Positions 30,922 through 40,488 of a stretch of 64,000 nucleotides of DNA are shown piece after piece. Each line of letters opens with the position of its first letter. Positions within the stretch are counted from its first letter, which is position 1. The position numbers and the translations under genes are program-made. The DNA lies in NCBI GenBank assembly GCA_020854105.1, contig JADZGB010000010.1:149518-213517 (forward strand). The letters are read 5' to 3'. Source of the DNA: Burkholderiales bacterium. GTDB taxonomy: Bacteria; Pseudomonadota; Gammaproteobacteria; Burkholderiales; SHXO01. Under the pieces are notes generated by a model that was given only the letters and a program-made list of their open reading frames with translations, did no database searches and was not told where the DNA came from.

Positions 30922-31896
30922 TCACCCCGCGACGACGCGCCGATGCGCTCCATCCCAGTGCCAGACGCTACCACGCGGCGTCATCCGGGTGCCACCCCAC
31001 CAGCGTTCCAGCGATCCGGACCAGGTGTGCCGGCCGTCGACCAGCGCCTGCCCCAGAGACGTGAGCCTCAGCAGCCCCTGGTCGACACCGCGCTCGGCCA
31101 CCACCGGCCCCTCGCGTGCGACGAGCGGTTGCGGACCGGCCTCCATCGAGCGGAGGACACGCCAGAACCAGGTGTCGCCGAGGAAGGGACGGTGCTCACG
31201 CGTCTGCACCGCGCGGAACAATGCGCCCGCACTCATCGGTTTCGGCGCCAGGCATTCGAGCGCCGTGTACGCGCTGCGGGACAGCCCGGTGCCGACCCAG
31301 GGCAGGTCCTCCAGCAGCCGCTGCACCGCCTCCGGCAGGCACGGCAGCACCGCCAGCTCGCCCGCCCGCCACAGCCGCTCCAGTTGCAGCGGACTGGGTG
31401 CGCGGAACGCTGCCCAGGCGAGCCGCGCCACCCCGAGCTGGGCCTCCGTCACCGTCTGCCGCTGCGCCTGCAGCGCGTGCACGCGAGGCGGAGCGAGCGC
31501 ACCGAGCGCCTCGAACCCGCCCTCGGGCGTCAGATCCAGCTGAATCAGCGACAGGCGGATGGGCCGGTGGCTGTGCTCGGCGTACCAGTCGAGCAGCTGC
31601 AGCAGTTGCAGCTGATCGTACAGATCCGACTCGAACCAGCACACGACCTCGTCCTCCGCCTGACTGCCGGCCAGGCGCACGTCGCGCTCGTAGAACAGGG
31701 CACGTATGCCTTCGTAATCGCCGCTGCCGCTCTCGGCCAGGAACCGTGCGCGCACGTCGGACAGCTGTTCCAGCGGCAGGCCGGCCGGGACCGGCCCTTC
31801 GTGCAGGACGTCGCGCCAGGGGACGATGTCGTGCGGCGCGATGCCGCCCAGGATCAGCGCCTGCGCGGCGCAGTCGCCATCGGTGAGGTGGAGCAC
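30922..31896 (-). CDS. DUF1835/DUF3658-like protein of unknown function
   Basis: GTG start. LHLTDGDCAAQAL...IVPWRDVLHEGPVP and the downstream ESDLYDQLQLLQLLDW resemble the DUF1835 pattern as I recall it. Confidence 0.55.
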   Translation of the reverse strand: MLHLTDGDCAAQALILGGIAPHDIVPWRDVLHEGPVPAGLPLEQLSDVRARFLAESGSGDYEGIRALFYERDVRLAGSQAEDEVVCWFESDLYDQLQLLQLLDWYAEHSHRPIRLSLIQLDLTPEGGFEALGALAPPRVHALQAQRQTVTEAQLGVARLAWAAFRAPSPLQLERLWRAGELAVLPCLPEAVQRLLEDLPWVGTGLSRSAYTALECLAPKPMSAGALFRAVQTREHRPFLGDTWFWRVLRSMEAGPQPLVAREGPVVAERGVDQGLLRLTSLGQALVDGRHTWSGSLERWWGGTRMTPRGSVWHWDGAHRRVVAG

Positions 31897-31929
31897 GGGG
31901 GTCGCGGGCTCTGGCGCGCTGCGACCGGC

Positions 31930-32808
31930 TCAGGTCGCGTGCTCGCCCGGCCGGGCCGGTCCGGACGGACGGATCCTGCGCCGTTCCTCGATGCGCGCCT
32001 GCAAGTTGGCGGCGATCTCCTTCGCGCGCGCGCTCTGGTGCGCAGTAAGGCGGCCGGCCAGGCCCTCCATCGCACTCTGGTTGCGCGCCGCATCCTGGGC
32101 GTCCTCGGGACCGAAGTACCTGCCGGCGACGCTGAGCCAGGCGTAGCCCTCGGCGGGATCGGCCGGCACGCCGCGCCCCTCCGAAGTCATCATGCCCAGA
32201 CGATGCATGGAGACGGCGATGCCCTTGTCGGCGGACCGCTCGTACCAGTCGCGCGCCCGCCCCAGGTCGCGCTGCACGCCCAGGCCGTTCTCGTAGAAAT
32301 TGCCCAGGTTGAACATGCCCAGACCGTCGCCGCCATCGGCGGCACGCTCGTACCAGTCGAGCGCGTCGGCATGGCTCTGGGTCACGCCGTGGCCATTCTC
32401 GTACAGGTCGCCGATGCTGTTCATGGCCCAGGCATCACCCTGCTCTGCCGACATCTCCCACCACTTCAGCGCCTCCTCGTAGCTCTGCTGCACGCCGTGG
32501 CCGTTCGCGAACAGCAGGCCGAGGTTGTTCATGCTCAGTGAGTAGCCGCGCTTGGCCGCTTCCTTCCACCAGCGGATGGCCTCCTGGAAGTTCGGCGCGT
32601 CCACGCCGATTCCCCTGGCCCACAGCAGGCCGAGGTTGTTGATGGCGCGCACGTCGCCACGCCTGGCGCCTTCGATGAGATTGGCGGGGTCGGTCGAGAT
32701 CTCGCCCGGGCGCACGTCGGAGAAGGTCTCGTCCTCGCCGGGGTGTGCTTCCTGCGCGGCCACGGGAAACCCCGTCAGCAGCGCGGCGATCAACAATGCC
32801 GTTTTCAT
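31930..32808 (-). CDS. Secreted Sel1-like repeat (SLR/TPR-like) protein
   Basis: GGAGAG RBS before ATG 32808. Signal peptide MKTALLIAALLTGFPVAAQ. There are at least five Sel1 repeats (A..NLG.L...G.GV..D...A..WY..AA..G). Confidence 0.85.
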   Translation of the reverse strand: MKTALLIAALLTGFPVAAQEAHPGEDETFSDVRPGEISTDPANLIEGARRGDVRAINNLGLLWARGIGVDAPNFQEAIRWWKEAAKRGYSLSMNNLGLLFANGHGVQQSYEEALKWWEMSAEQGDAWAMNSIGDLYENGHGVTQSHADALDWYERAADGGDGLGMFNLGNFYENGLGVQRDLGRARDWYERSADKGIAVSMHRLGMMTSEGRGVPADPAEGYAWLSVAGRYFGPEDAQDAARNQSAMEGLAGRLTAHQSARAKEIAANLQARIEERRRIRPSGPARPGEHAT

Positions 32809-32951
32809 CGCTCTCTCCAGGGCACGGCCGAAGGCGCGCACCGTCGAACTCTCCTCCTGTACGCAGCGGCGGCCATCTGTCAGATGGACCGCCGCAGCCG
32901 CGCATCGTTCGGACCGCCCGCGCACCGCCCGGGTGACCGGCGCCCGCCGTC

Positions 32952-33287
32952 CTACTGGCGCTCGACCAGACCGCTGTCGGCCATGGCGCTGCACACGCTC
33001 CTGGGTGTGCAGGCGACCCGGTAGATGCTGCTGCGGCCGCAGCCTGCCGCGCGCACCGTGTACTCGACGCGGCTCAGGCCGTAGGCCTTGCCGATGTCGC
33101 CCGCATCGTGCTCCAGGATCTCGGTCTGGACGCCAATGCAGGCGAGATCGCTCTGCGCGCGCTCCTTCGCCGCTTCGGCGGCCCGGGGCTTCATCTCCTC
33201 GATATCCTGCTGCACCCGGGATGGCGATGCGGCACAGGCGGCAAGCAACCCTGCCAGGGCTACGAGCGTGATGGCGGTCGATCTCAT
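32952..33287 (-). CDS. Hypothetical lipoprotein
   Basis: Lipobox-type signal MRSTAITLVALAGLLAAC. AGGA RBS. The gene starts 7 nt after the aminotransferase stop on the same strand. Confidence 0.5.
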   Translation of the reverse strand: MRSTAITLVALAGLLAACAASPSRVQQDIEEMKPRAAEAAKERAQSDLACIGVQTEILEHDAGDIGKAYGLSRVEYTVRAAGCGRSSIYRVACTPRSVCSAMADSGLVERQ

Positions 33288-33294
33288 CGTTGTC

Positions 33295-34488
33295 CTATTT
33301 GCGGCCGAGAAACTCGCGGATGCGGCGCACGCCCTCCTGCAGCACGGGCACCGGCTTGGGATAGGAGAAGCGCACGTGCTCGCCTGCGCCGTTGTCGCCG
33401 AAGTCGATACCCGGTGCCACCGCCACCCCGGCGCGTTCCAGCAGTTCCATGCAGAAGCCGTAGCTGTCGCGCGTAACGCGGCTGCAGTTGGCGTAGACGT
33501 AGAAGGCGCCCTGCGGGGTCACCGGGATGTCGAAGCCCAGCTCGCGCAGCGCCGGCAGCAGGTAGTCGCGTTGCGCCTGGAAGCGTAGGCGGTTGGCCTC
33601 GCACTCGGCCAGCGTCCGCGGCGTGAAGGCGGCGAGCGCAGCCTTCATGGCGATGTCGGAGTTGGAGATGAACAGGTTCTGCGCCAGCTTCTCCACGGCG
33701 GCGGCATAGCGCTGCGGCATCACCATCCAGCCCAGCCGCCAGCCGGTCATGCAGAAGTACTTCGAGAAGCTGTTGATGACGAACACGTCGTCGGTGAACT
33801 CGAGCGCGCTGTGCGCCTCCTCGCCATAGGTGAGGCCGTGGTAGATCTCGTCCACGATCAGCACGCCGCCTCTTGCACGCACGACCTCGTGGATGCGCTG
33901 CAACTCGGCCAAGGGCAGCAGCGTGCCGGTCGGGTTCGAGGGCGTGGCGACCATGACTGCCACGGTGCGCGGCGACCAGTGGCGCGCCACCTGCTCTGCA
34001 GTGAGCTGGTAGTCGGTGTCGGGACCGACCGGCACGCCGACTGCGCGCCCTTCCATGGCACGCGTGAAGTGGCGGTTGCACGGATAGGCCGGATCGGGCA
34101 TCAGCACTTCGTCGTCGGGCGAGAGCAGCACGCCCATGGTCAGCAGCAGCGCTCCGGAGGAACCGCTGGTCACCGCCACGCGCGAGGCCGGCACCTGCGC
34201 GCCGTAGCGGGTGCGGTACCAGTCCGACAGGGCCTGGCGCAGGGCCGGTGTACCGAGCGAAGGGGTGTAGCGCACCTGCCCCGACTGCAGCGCAGCCACG
34301 CCTGCGTCGAGGATCGGCTGCGGCGTGACGAAGTCGGGCTCGCCGATCACCATGTTGACGATGTCGCGCCCCTGCGCCTCCAGCTCCTTGGCGCGTGTCA
34401 CCAGCACCACCACGTGGAACGGTTCGATCTGCGCCATGCGTTCGGCCAGCGGGCCGGTGCTCATCGTCGGTTCGTTCATCGTCTGCAT
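33295..34488 (-). CDS. Class I/II pyridoxal-phosphate-dependent aminotransferase
   Basis: VIGEPDF, YTPSLGTPALRQA, PDPAYPCN, PSNPTG, DEIYHGLTY, NSFSKYFCMTGWRLGW (PLP lysine) and RFSY. Alternative in-frame ATGs lie at 34479 and 34464. Confidence 0.9.
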   Translation of the reverse strand: MQTMNEPTMSTGPLAERMAQIEPFHVVVLVTRAKELEAQGRDIVNMVIGEPDFVTPQPILDAGVAALQSGQVRYTPSLGTPALRQALSDWYRTRYGAQVPASRVAVTSGSSGALLLTMGVLLSPDDEVLMPDPAYPCNRHFTRAMEGRAVGVPVGPDTDYQLTAEQVARHWSPRTVAVMVATPSNPTGTLLPLAELQRIHEVVRARGGVLIVDEIYHGLTYGEEAHSALEFTDDVFVINSFSKYFCMTGWRLGWMVMPQRYAAAVEKLAQNLFISNSDIAMKAALAAFTPRTLAECEANRLRFQAQRDYLLPALRELGFDIPVTPQGAFYVYANCSRVTRDSYGFCMELLERAGVAVAPGIDFGDNGAGEHVRFSYPKPVPVLQEGVRRIREFLGRK

Positions 34489-34635
34489 GCTTCGTCGGTG
34501 CGATCGGACCCGTGAGTGTAATCGCATCCGTCGCCCCAGGAGAGAAACTGGAAGCGGGACCGGCAGCAGCCGCGCGTCACGGAAAACCGCTAGCATCTGC
34601 GCCTTCCCTGGATTACAGACGATGAGGCAGAGGCG

Positions 34636-35577
34636 ATGAAGATCGCGGTGGTGGGCGCCGGCGGTGTCGGCGGATATTTCGGGGCGCACCTGGCGGCGGG
34701 CGGACAGGACGTGTGGTTCATCGCGCGCGGGGCGCACCTGGACGCCATGCGCGCGCGCGGCCTGCAGGTGCTGAGCGGCAACGGCGACGTGCTGGTCCGG
34801 CCGGTGCAGGCGAGCGCGGATGTGCGCGAGGTCGGGGTGTGCGACCTGGTCGTGATCGCCGTGAAGCTGTGGGCCACGCGCGAGGCACTGGAGCAGGCGC
34901 GGCCGATGGTGGGGCCGGATACCGCGGTGGTGTCCTTCCAGAACGGCGTGATCGCGGTGGACGAGGTGGTGGCGGTGTACGGGCGCGGACGCGCGCTGGG
35001 CGGAGTCGCCAACATCGCCGCGGTGATCGAGGAACCCGGCGTCATCCGCCACACCGGCAGCATGGCCCTGCTGCAGTTCGGCGAGCTGGACGGTCGCGTG
35101 ACCCCGCGCGTGCAGGCGCTGCAGAAGGCGTGCGAGCGCGCCGGCTTCGCCTACAAGGTGGCCGACGACATCCAGAAGGCGATCTGGGAGAAGTACGTGT
35201 TCCTCGTCGCGGCCAGTTCCATGACCGCGCTCACGCGCCTGCCGCTGGGACCGGTGCGCGAGGACGCGGATACGCGCGCGCTGATGCGGCAGGTGATGGA
35301 CGAGGTCGCCGCGGTGGGCCGCGCCAAGGGGGTCGGGCTGGACCCGGACCTGGTCGAGCGCGTGCTGCAGCGGGTCGACGGGCTGCCGCGCGAAATGGTG
35401 GCTTCCATGCTGGGTGATCTGGAGCGCGGCAATCGCCTGGAGCTGCCGTGGCTGGCGGGCGGGGTCGTGCAGATGGGACGTGCGCTGAACCTACCCACGC
35501 CCGCCAACGGGTTCGCCTACGCCGTGCTCAAGCACTACATCGACGGGCGGCCGAAGGATGCGCGCAGTCCGGCGTGA
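34636..35577 (+). CDS. panE: 2-dehydropantoate 2-reductase
   Basis: MKIAVVGAGGVGGYFGAHLA Rossmann motif, VIAVKLW, SFQNG, IWEKYVFLVAASSMTAL and SMLGDLERGNRLE are ApbA/PanE family features. Confidence 0.85.
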   Translation: MKIAVVGAGGVGGYFGAHLAAGGQDVWFIARGAHLDAMRARGLQVLSGNGDVLVRPVQASADVREVGVCDLVVIAVKLWATREALEQARPMVGPDTAVVSFQNGVIAVDEVVAVYGRGRALGGVANIAAVIEEPGVIRHTGSMALLQFGELDGRVTPRVQALQKACERAGFAYKVADDIQKAIWEKYVFLVAASSMTALTRLPLGPVREDADTRALMRQVMDEVAAVGRAKGVGLDPDLVERVLQRVDGLPREMVASMLGDLERGNRLELPWLAGGVVQMGRALNLPTPANGFAYAVLKHYIDGRPKDARSPA

Positions 35578-35666
35578 GCGGGACGGCGATGATGCGCCCA
35601 CGCGCCTGTCATCGCTTACCTTCCGGACATGCCGGTGGTAAAGTGCCTGCCGAGACCTGAGGCGCA

Positions 35667-38600
35667 GTGCGTCTCTCCGAACTCCAACAAGATCGCACCG
35701 AGAGACGGGTTCCGGCGGGCCCCGCGATGCTGCGTCAAGACTCCGTCGTCGCCGACGCGACGACTCCCAGGAAGCGACGCCTCCGGGCGCTGATCGACTA
35801 CGTCGCGCAGACCGCGCGCGCGCGCAGCAGGGTCGTCTCCAACGTTACCGACCACGGCATGTTCCTGCTGTTCGAGCATCAGCTCGCGGCAGTGGACGGC
35901 AGCCGGCTCAACGACGCCGGCGCCGACGGCGAGGACGAGATCTGGCTGTCGGTGTCGCGCCCGCCGGGACCCGAGCTTCCTCCCAGGCCGGACGACCCGT
36001 GGCTGGCGCCGTGGCTGGCGGTCGGCGTGGCGGTGCTGGTCGCACCCAAGCTAGTCGATGGCGTCGACGGCGCCGCCCTGATCGCTGCCGGTACGCACCG
36101 CGACGCTCGCCTCGCACCGGACGGCGTGGACAGCCAGCCCGAGCCGTCCATCCTGCCCGAAGCACGCGTGGCGCTGCACGACTATGCATTCCGCGCGCAG
36201 GTCGAGAAGCAGTACGCCGCGTACATGGAGGATCGCTGGGTGCCGTGGGCCGACGGCGAGCGCCGCCGGCGCCGCCAGTCGCGCCTGTACGTGCGGCTGT
36301 TCACCCTGCACCAGCAGATGTCCGGCGCCCTGCTGGAGGCACCCGTGGAGCTGGTGTGGGGCCTGGGGCTGGGCGTGGTGGAACTGCCCGGCACGCCGGC
36401 GGCCTATCCGCTCGTAACGCAGCTGGTCGACCTGTCCGTGGACGCACGCACCGGTGCGGTCGAGATCCGCCCGCGCGATACCGATCCGCGCGTGGAACTG
36501 GACTATTACGCCGCGCTCGACCGCAACGGCGCCGAGCGGGCCGCGGCGCATCGCGCCGAGCATGCAGGCCGGCAGGCGCTGCTGCACACGCAGGGCATAT
36601 CGCCGTTCGACCCCGCCACCTACGAGCCCGCGATCGCCGCGCTCCTGGCTGCGCTGGCACCGGCGGAGCGGCGTGCGGGCGAACTCGCGCTGGTGGGCAG
36701 CGGCGCGCCCGAGCAACCGCTGCCGCTGCGCGTGACCGACGGCTGGGTGCTGTTCGCACGCCCGCGCAGCAGCAATCTGCTGGTGCACGACCTGGAGCAG
36801 TACCGGCGCGCGCTGCAGGACATGAGCTGTGACGAGGGACTGCCCGATGCAGTGCGCGCGCTGGTGAGCGATCCCTCCGGCGAGGTTGCCCCGGTCGAGC
36901 TGCCGCGCTTCCGCGGCGTGTCGACCGCCACCACGCCGCGCGGCGTGGACGTCGAGGGCAGCGCCAGCGACCTGTACTTTCCGAAGCCGTTCAACGACGA
37001 GCAGCTGCGCATCGTGCAGCTGCTGGAGGCACACGACGGTGTGGTGGTGCAGGGTCCGCCCGGCACTGGGAAGACGCACACGATCGCCAACATCATCTGC
37101 CACTGGCTGGCCACCGGCCGGCGCGTGCTGGTGACCTCGATGAAGGAGCCGGCGCTGGCCGTGCTGCGCGAGAACCTGCCCGAGCCGATCCGCCCGCTGG
37201 CCATCTCCCTGCTCGGCAGCGAGCACGAAGGCATCCGCCAGTTCGAGGAATCGGTGCAGCGCATCGCCTCGGAGGTGCAGTCGCTCGACCAGGCCGCGCT
37301 CGCGGCCGAGGTGACACGGATCGAGGAGGCGATCGACGGTCTGCACGCGCGCCTGTCGCGGCTGGACACCGAGATCGGTCGCTGGGCGCGGCTGAACCAG
37401 GCACGCATCGACATCGACGGCGAGAGCCTGAGTCCGATGGACGCGGCGCAGGAGATCATCGACCGTGCCGGGCAGTACGAGTGGATCCCCGACACGCTGG
37501 GCATCGGTCCGCAGTACGCGCCGCGTTTCGGGGACGAGGACATGGACCGGCTGCGCGAGGCGCGGCGTCAGCTCGGCGCCGACATCGAGTACGTGGCGCA
37601 CGAACTGCCGAACGCTTCCGATTTCCCGGAGGCGGGCGCGCTGCTGGCCATGCACCAGGGACTGGCCGGCTTCGCGCGCATGCATGCGCAGGGACGCGCC
37701 GATCTGCCGCAACTGCCGCACGGGGCCGAAGCGGCCCTGGCGCAGCTGGCGCAGTCACTGGCGCGCGTGCGCGCCCTGCGTGCCGGGACGCTCGATCCCG
37801 GCGTGCGCGCCGGCACACCGCTGCACGCGCGCCTGCGCAGTGCACCGCAGGCGGACGAGTTCAAGCTGCTGGAGCGCCTGGCGCAGGAACTGGCCGGGGC
37901 GGGCGAGTTGCGCACCGCCTTCCTGGCGCGGCCGGTGGAGGCAGCAGCGGGCGCCGACCAGGACGCGGAACTGATGCAGGCGGTGCAGAACCTGGCGTCG
38001 GGGCGCCGCGCGTTCGGCCTGATGGGCGGCTTCGGCAAGGCCGAGACCAGGCGCGCGGTGGAGTCCATCAGCGTGGACGGCCGTGTGCCCGCCGACACCG
38101 CGGACTGGCAGCACGTGCTCGGCTTCCTGCATCTGCAGCAGCGCCTGCGCCAGCTCGGCACACGCTGGAACGCGCTCGCCGCCGATCTGGGCCTGGGTAC
38201 GGTGGACCTGGCACAGCCCCAGCGCGCGATCGCGGCGCTGGACCAGGTTCGCGCCTACCGCAGCGCACGCGACCTCGCCGCCGCGGAGCTCGAGCTCGCT
38301 GCGCGCACGAGTGCGCTGTTCCCGACCTGGCCGGCAGCGGCGCGCGTGGCGGACAACGACAGTGCCTTCGACCAGCTCGAGCGCGTGGTGGCGCATCAGC
38401 AGAGCACGCAGCGGCTGGGCGAGGTGTGGGTGGCGAAGGCGCGCGTACAGAAGGCGCTGGAGGGGCGCAGTGGACGCGTGGTCGAGGAACTGCGCGTGTT
38501 CGTCAACGACATGCTCGGCAATCCGAAGGTGGACGAGAGCCAGCTGCTGGCCGCGTGGGGCGCGTCCATGGCGGAGCTGGTGCGCCTGCAGCGGCTCGCC

Positions 38601-40352
38601 CCCTGGCTGCAGACGGTGGCCGCGGTGACGCAGCGCATCGCGCAGTCCGGCGCGCCGCAGTACGCCCGCCTGCTGCTGCAGCCGGCGGAGGCGGACGACG
38701 AGCGGCTCGTCCCGCGCGACTGGCGCCACGCTTGGCGTCTGCGCTGCCTGGCCACGCACCTGTCGCTGATCGATCCGCAGAACGAGTTCCGCCGCCTGAC
38801 GCGGGTGCGCGGTGAACTGGAACAGGATCTGGCCCGCGCCTATCGCGATCTGGTGGTCAGGAGCACCTGGCTGCAGCTCGCGCGCAACACCTCGCCGAGC
38901 ACGCGCGCTGCGCTGCAGGCCTACCTGAATGCGATCCAGCGCATTGGCAAGGGCACCGGCAAGCGCGCCGCGCGTTACCGGCAGGACGCGCGCGAGGCCG
39001 CGGCCGAGGCGCACGCCGCCGTGCCGTGCTGGATCATGCCGCATTACCGGGTGTCGGAGACGCTGCCGGCACGCATGGGCATGTTCGACCTGGTGGTGAT
39101 CGATGAGGCCTCGCAGTCCGACCTGTCCGCCCTGCCCGCCATCTTCCGCGGATGCAAGCTGCTGATCGTGGGCGACGACCGGCAGGTCGCGCCCGAGGCC
39201 ATCGGCATGGAAGAGGAGCGCATCAAGGCGCTCATGCAGCGCCATCTCGCGGACCAGGTACCCCTGTACCGTGCGCAGATGTCGGCCGACCGCTCCATCT
39301 ACGATCTGGCCAAGGTCGTGTTCGCCCGCAGCGGCGTCATGCTCAGGGAGCACTTCCGCTGCGTGGCACCGATCATCGAATACTCGCGGCGCGAGTTCTA
39401 CCACGGCGAACTGCTGCCGCTGCGCCTGCCGCCGCTCGCCTCGCGCCTGGATCCCCCGCTCATCGACGTGCTGGTCGAGAACGGCGAGCGCAGGGGCGAG
39501 GCGAACCTGCAGGAGGCGCGCTTCATCGTCGACGAGATCAAGCACCTGCTCGGCGATGCACGCATGCTCAGCCGCACCATCGGCGTGGTCTCGCTGCTGG
39601 GCGACGAGCAGCCGCTGCGCATCTGGGACATGCTGAGCGAGGAACTCGGGCCCGAGATCCTGCAGCGCTGTCAGATCGCCTGCGGCGATGCGCGCACCTT
39701 CCAGGGCAAGGAGCGCGACGTCATGTTCCTCACCATGGTCTGCGCGCCCAACGACATCGGTGCCCCGCTCGCGCGCGACAGCTTCGCCCAGCGCTTCAAC
39801 GTCGCCGCATCGCGTGCGCGCGACCGCATGTATCTGGTGCGCTCGGTGCAGCTGCACGATCTGCCCGAGTCGGACCGGCTGCGGCGGCGGCTGATCGAGC
39901 ACTTCGCCGCGCCCTTTCCGCTGCAGGGACAGGACGAGGGCCGCGCCGGGCAGCGCGCGGCGTGCGAGTCGCCGCTCGAGCGCGAGATCTACGACTGGCT
40001 CTCCGGTGCCGGCTATCGCGTCACGCCGCAGGTGCGGGTGGGCGCCTACCGCATCGACCTGGTGGTGGACGGCGCGAATCAGGCACGGCTGGCCATCGAG
40101 TGCGACGGCGACAAGCACCACGGCCCGGACAAGTGGGGTGCGGACGTGCGCCGCCAGCGTGTGCTCGAGCGCGCAGGCTGGACCTTCTGGCGCTGCTTCG
40201 CGTCCACCTTCGTGCGCCGGCGCGAGGCCGCGCTGGCGGACCTCGCGCGCACGCTCGAGGCCCTCGACATCCGGCCGGACCAGCAGGCGGCGATCGAGCC
40301 GCCGCCGCTGTCCGTCCTGCGCAGGGTGCGCGCTACAGCGTCAGCACAGTGA
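35667..40352 (+). CDS. Giant SF1 (Upf1/DNA2-like, AAA_11/AAA_12) helicase with a long N-terminal region and a C-terminal DUF559/Vsr-like restriction-endonuclease-fold domain
   Basis: Helicase motifs: VVQGPPGTGKTHT (Walker A), VVIDEASQ, LIVGDDRQVAP, LREHFRCVAPIIEYSRREFY, TFQGKERDVMFL, FNVAASRARDRMYL. The C-terminal ESPLEREIYDWL...GAYRIDLVV...LAIECDGDKHHG...DVRRQRVLERAGWTFWRC is DUF559-like. The first ~470 aa and a ~650-aa insert between Walker A and DEASQ are unassigned. The start may be GTG 35667 or ATG 35727. Confidence 0.85.
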   Translation: MRLSELQQDRTERRVPAGPAMLRQDSVVADATTPRKRRLRALIDYVAQTARARSRVVSNVTDHGMFLLFEHQLAAVDGSRLNDAGADGEDEIWLSVSRPPGPELPPRPDDPWLAPWLAVGVAVLVAPKLVDGVDGAALIAAGTHRDARLAPDGVDSQPEPSILPEARVALHDYAFRAQVEKQYAAYMEDRWVPWADGERRRRRQSRLYVRLFTLHQQMSGALLEAPVELVWGLGLGVVELPGTPAAYPLVTQLVDLSVDARTGAVEIRPRDTDPRVELDYYAALDRNGAERAAAHRAEHAGRQALLHTQGISPFDPATYEPAIAALLAALAPAERRAGELALVGSGAPEQPLPLRVTDGWVLFARPRSSNLLVHDLEQYRRALQDMSCDEGLPDAVRALVSDPSGEVAPVELPRFRGVSTATTPRGVDVEGSASDLYFPKPFNDEQLRIVQLLEAHDGVVVQGPPGTGKTHTIANIICHWLATGRRVLVTSMKEPALAVLRENLPEPIRPLAISLLGSEHEGIRQFEESVQRIASEVQSLDQAALAAEVTRIEEAIDGLHARLSRLDTEIGRWARLNQARIDIDGESLSPMDAAQEIIDRAGQYEWIPDTLGIGPQYAPRFGDEDMDRLREARRQLGADIEYVAHELPNASDFPEAGALLAMHQGLAGFARMHAQGRADLPQLPHGAEAALAQLAQSLARVRALRAGTLDPGVRAGTPLHARLRSAPQADEFKLLERLAQELAGAGELRTAFLARPVEAAAGADQDAELMQAVQNLASGRRAFGLMGGFGKAETRRAVESISVDGRVPADTADWQHVLGFLHLQQRLRQLGTRWNALAADLGLGTVDLAQPQRAIAALDQVRAYRSARDLAAAELELAARTSALFPTWPAAARVADNDSAFDQLERVVAHQQSTQRLGEVWVAKARVQKALEGRSGRVVEELRVFVNDMLGNPKVDESQLLAAWGASMAELVRLQRLAPWLQTVAAVTQRIAQSGAPQYARLLLQPAEADDERLVPRDWRHAWRLRCLATHLSLIDPQNEFRRLTRVRGELEQDLARAYRDLVVRSTWLQLARNTSPSTRAALQAYLNAIQRIGKGTGKRAARYRQDAREAAAEAHAAVPCWIMPHYRVSETLPARMGMFDLVVIDEASQSDLSALPAIFRGCKLLIVGDDRQVAPEAIGMEEERIKALMQRHLADQVPLYRAQMSADRSIYDLAKVVFARSGVMLREHFRCVAPIIEYSRREFYHGELLPLRLPPLASRLDPPLIDVLVENGERRGEANLQEARFIVDEIKHLLGDARMLSRTIGVVSLLGDEQPLRIWDMLSEELGPEILQRCQIACGDARTFQGKERDVMFLTMVCAPNDIGAPLARDSFAQRFNVAASRARDRMYLVRSVQLHDLPESDRLRRRLIEHFAAPFPLQGQDEGRAGQRAACESPLEREIYDWLSGAGYRVTPQVRVGAYRIDLVVDGANQARLAIECDGDKHHGPDKWGADVRRQRVLERAGWTFWRCFASTFVRRREAALADLARTLEALDIRPDQQAAIEPPPLSVLRRVRATASAQ

Positions 40353-40488
40353 GCGCGCAGGCGCCCAGCACCGCGAGAAGCGGCGGGACGCAGCGCACCG
40401 GCCACGGCGTGGCCCCCATGTCCCGGCCCTCGCGCACGGCGCAGCGCCGGGAATCCTCCAACCACAGATACAAGCCCCATTCCTTCAT
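40333..40488 (-). CDS. Possible 51-aa small membrane peptide
   Basis: AGGAG lies 6 nt upstream of ATG 40488. The ORF has high GC3 and a C-terminal hydrophobic segment ([17 protein letters not shown]). It overlaps the helicase 3' end convergently by 20 nt. No homology recognised. Confidence 0.25.
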   Translation of the reverse strand: MKEWGLYLWLEDSRRCAVREGRDMGATPWPVRCVPPLLAVLGACALTVLTL

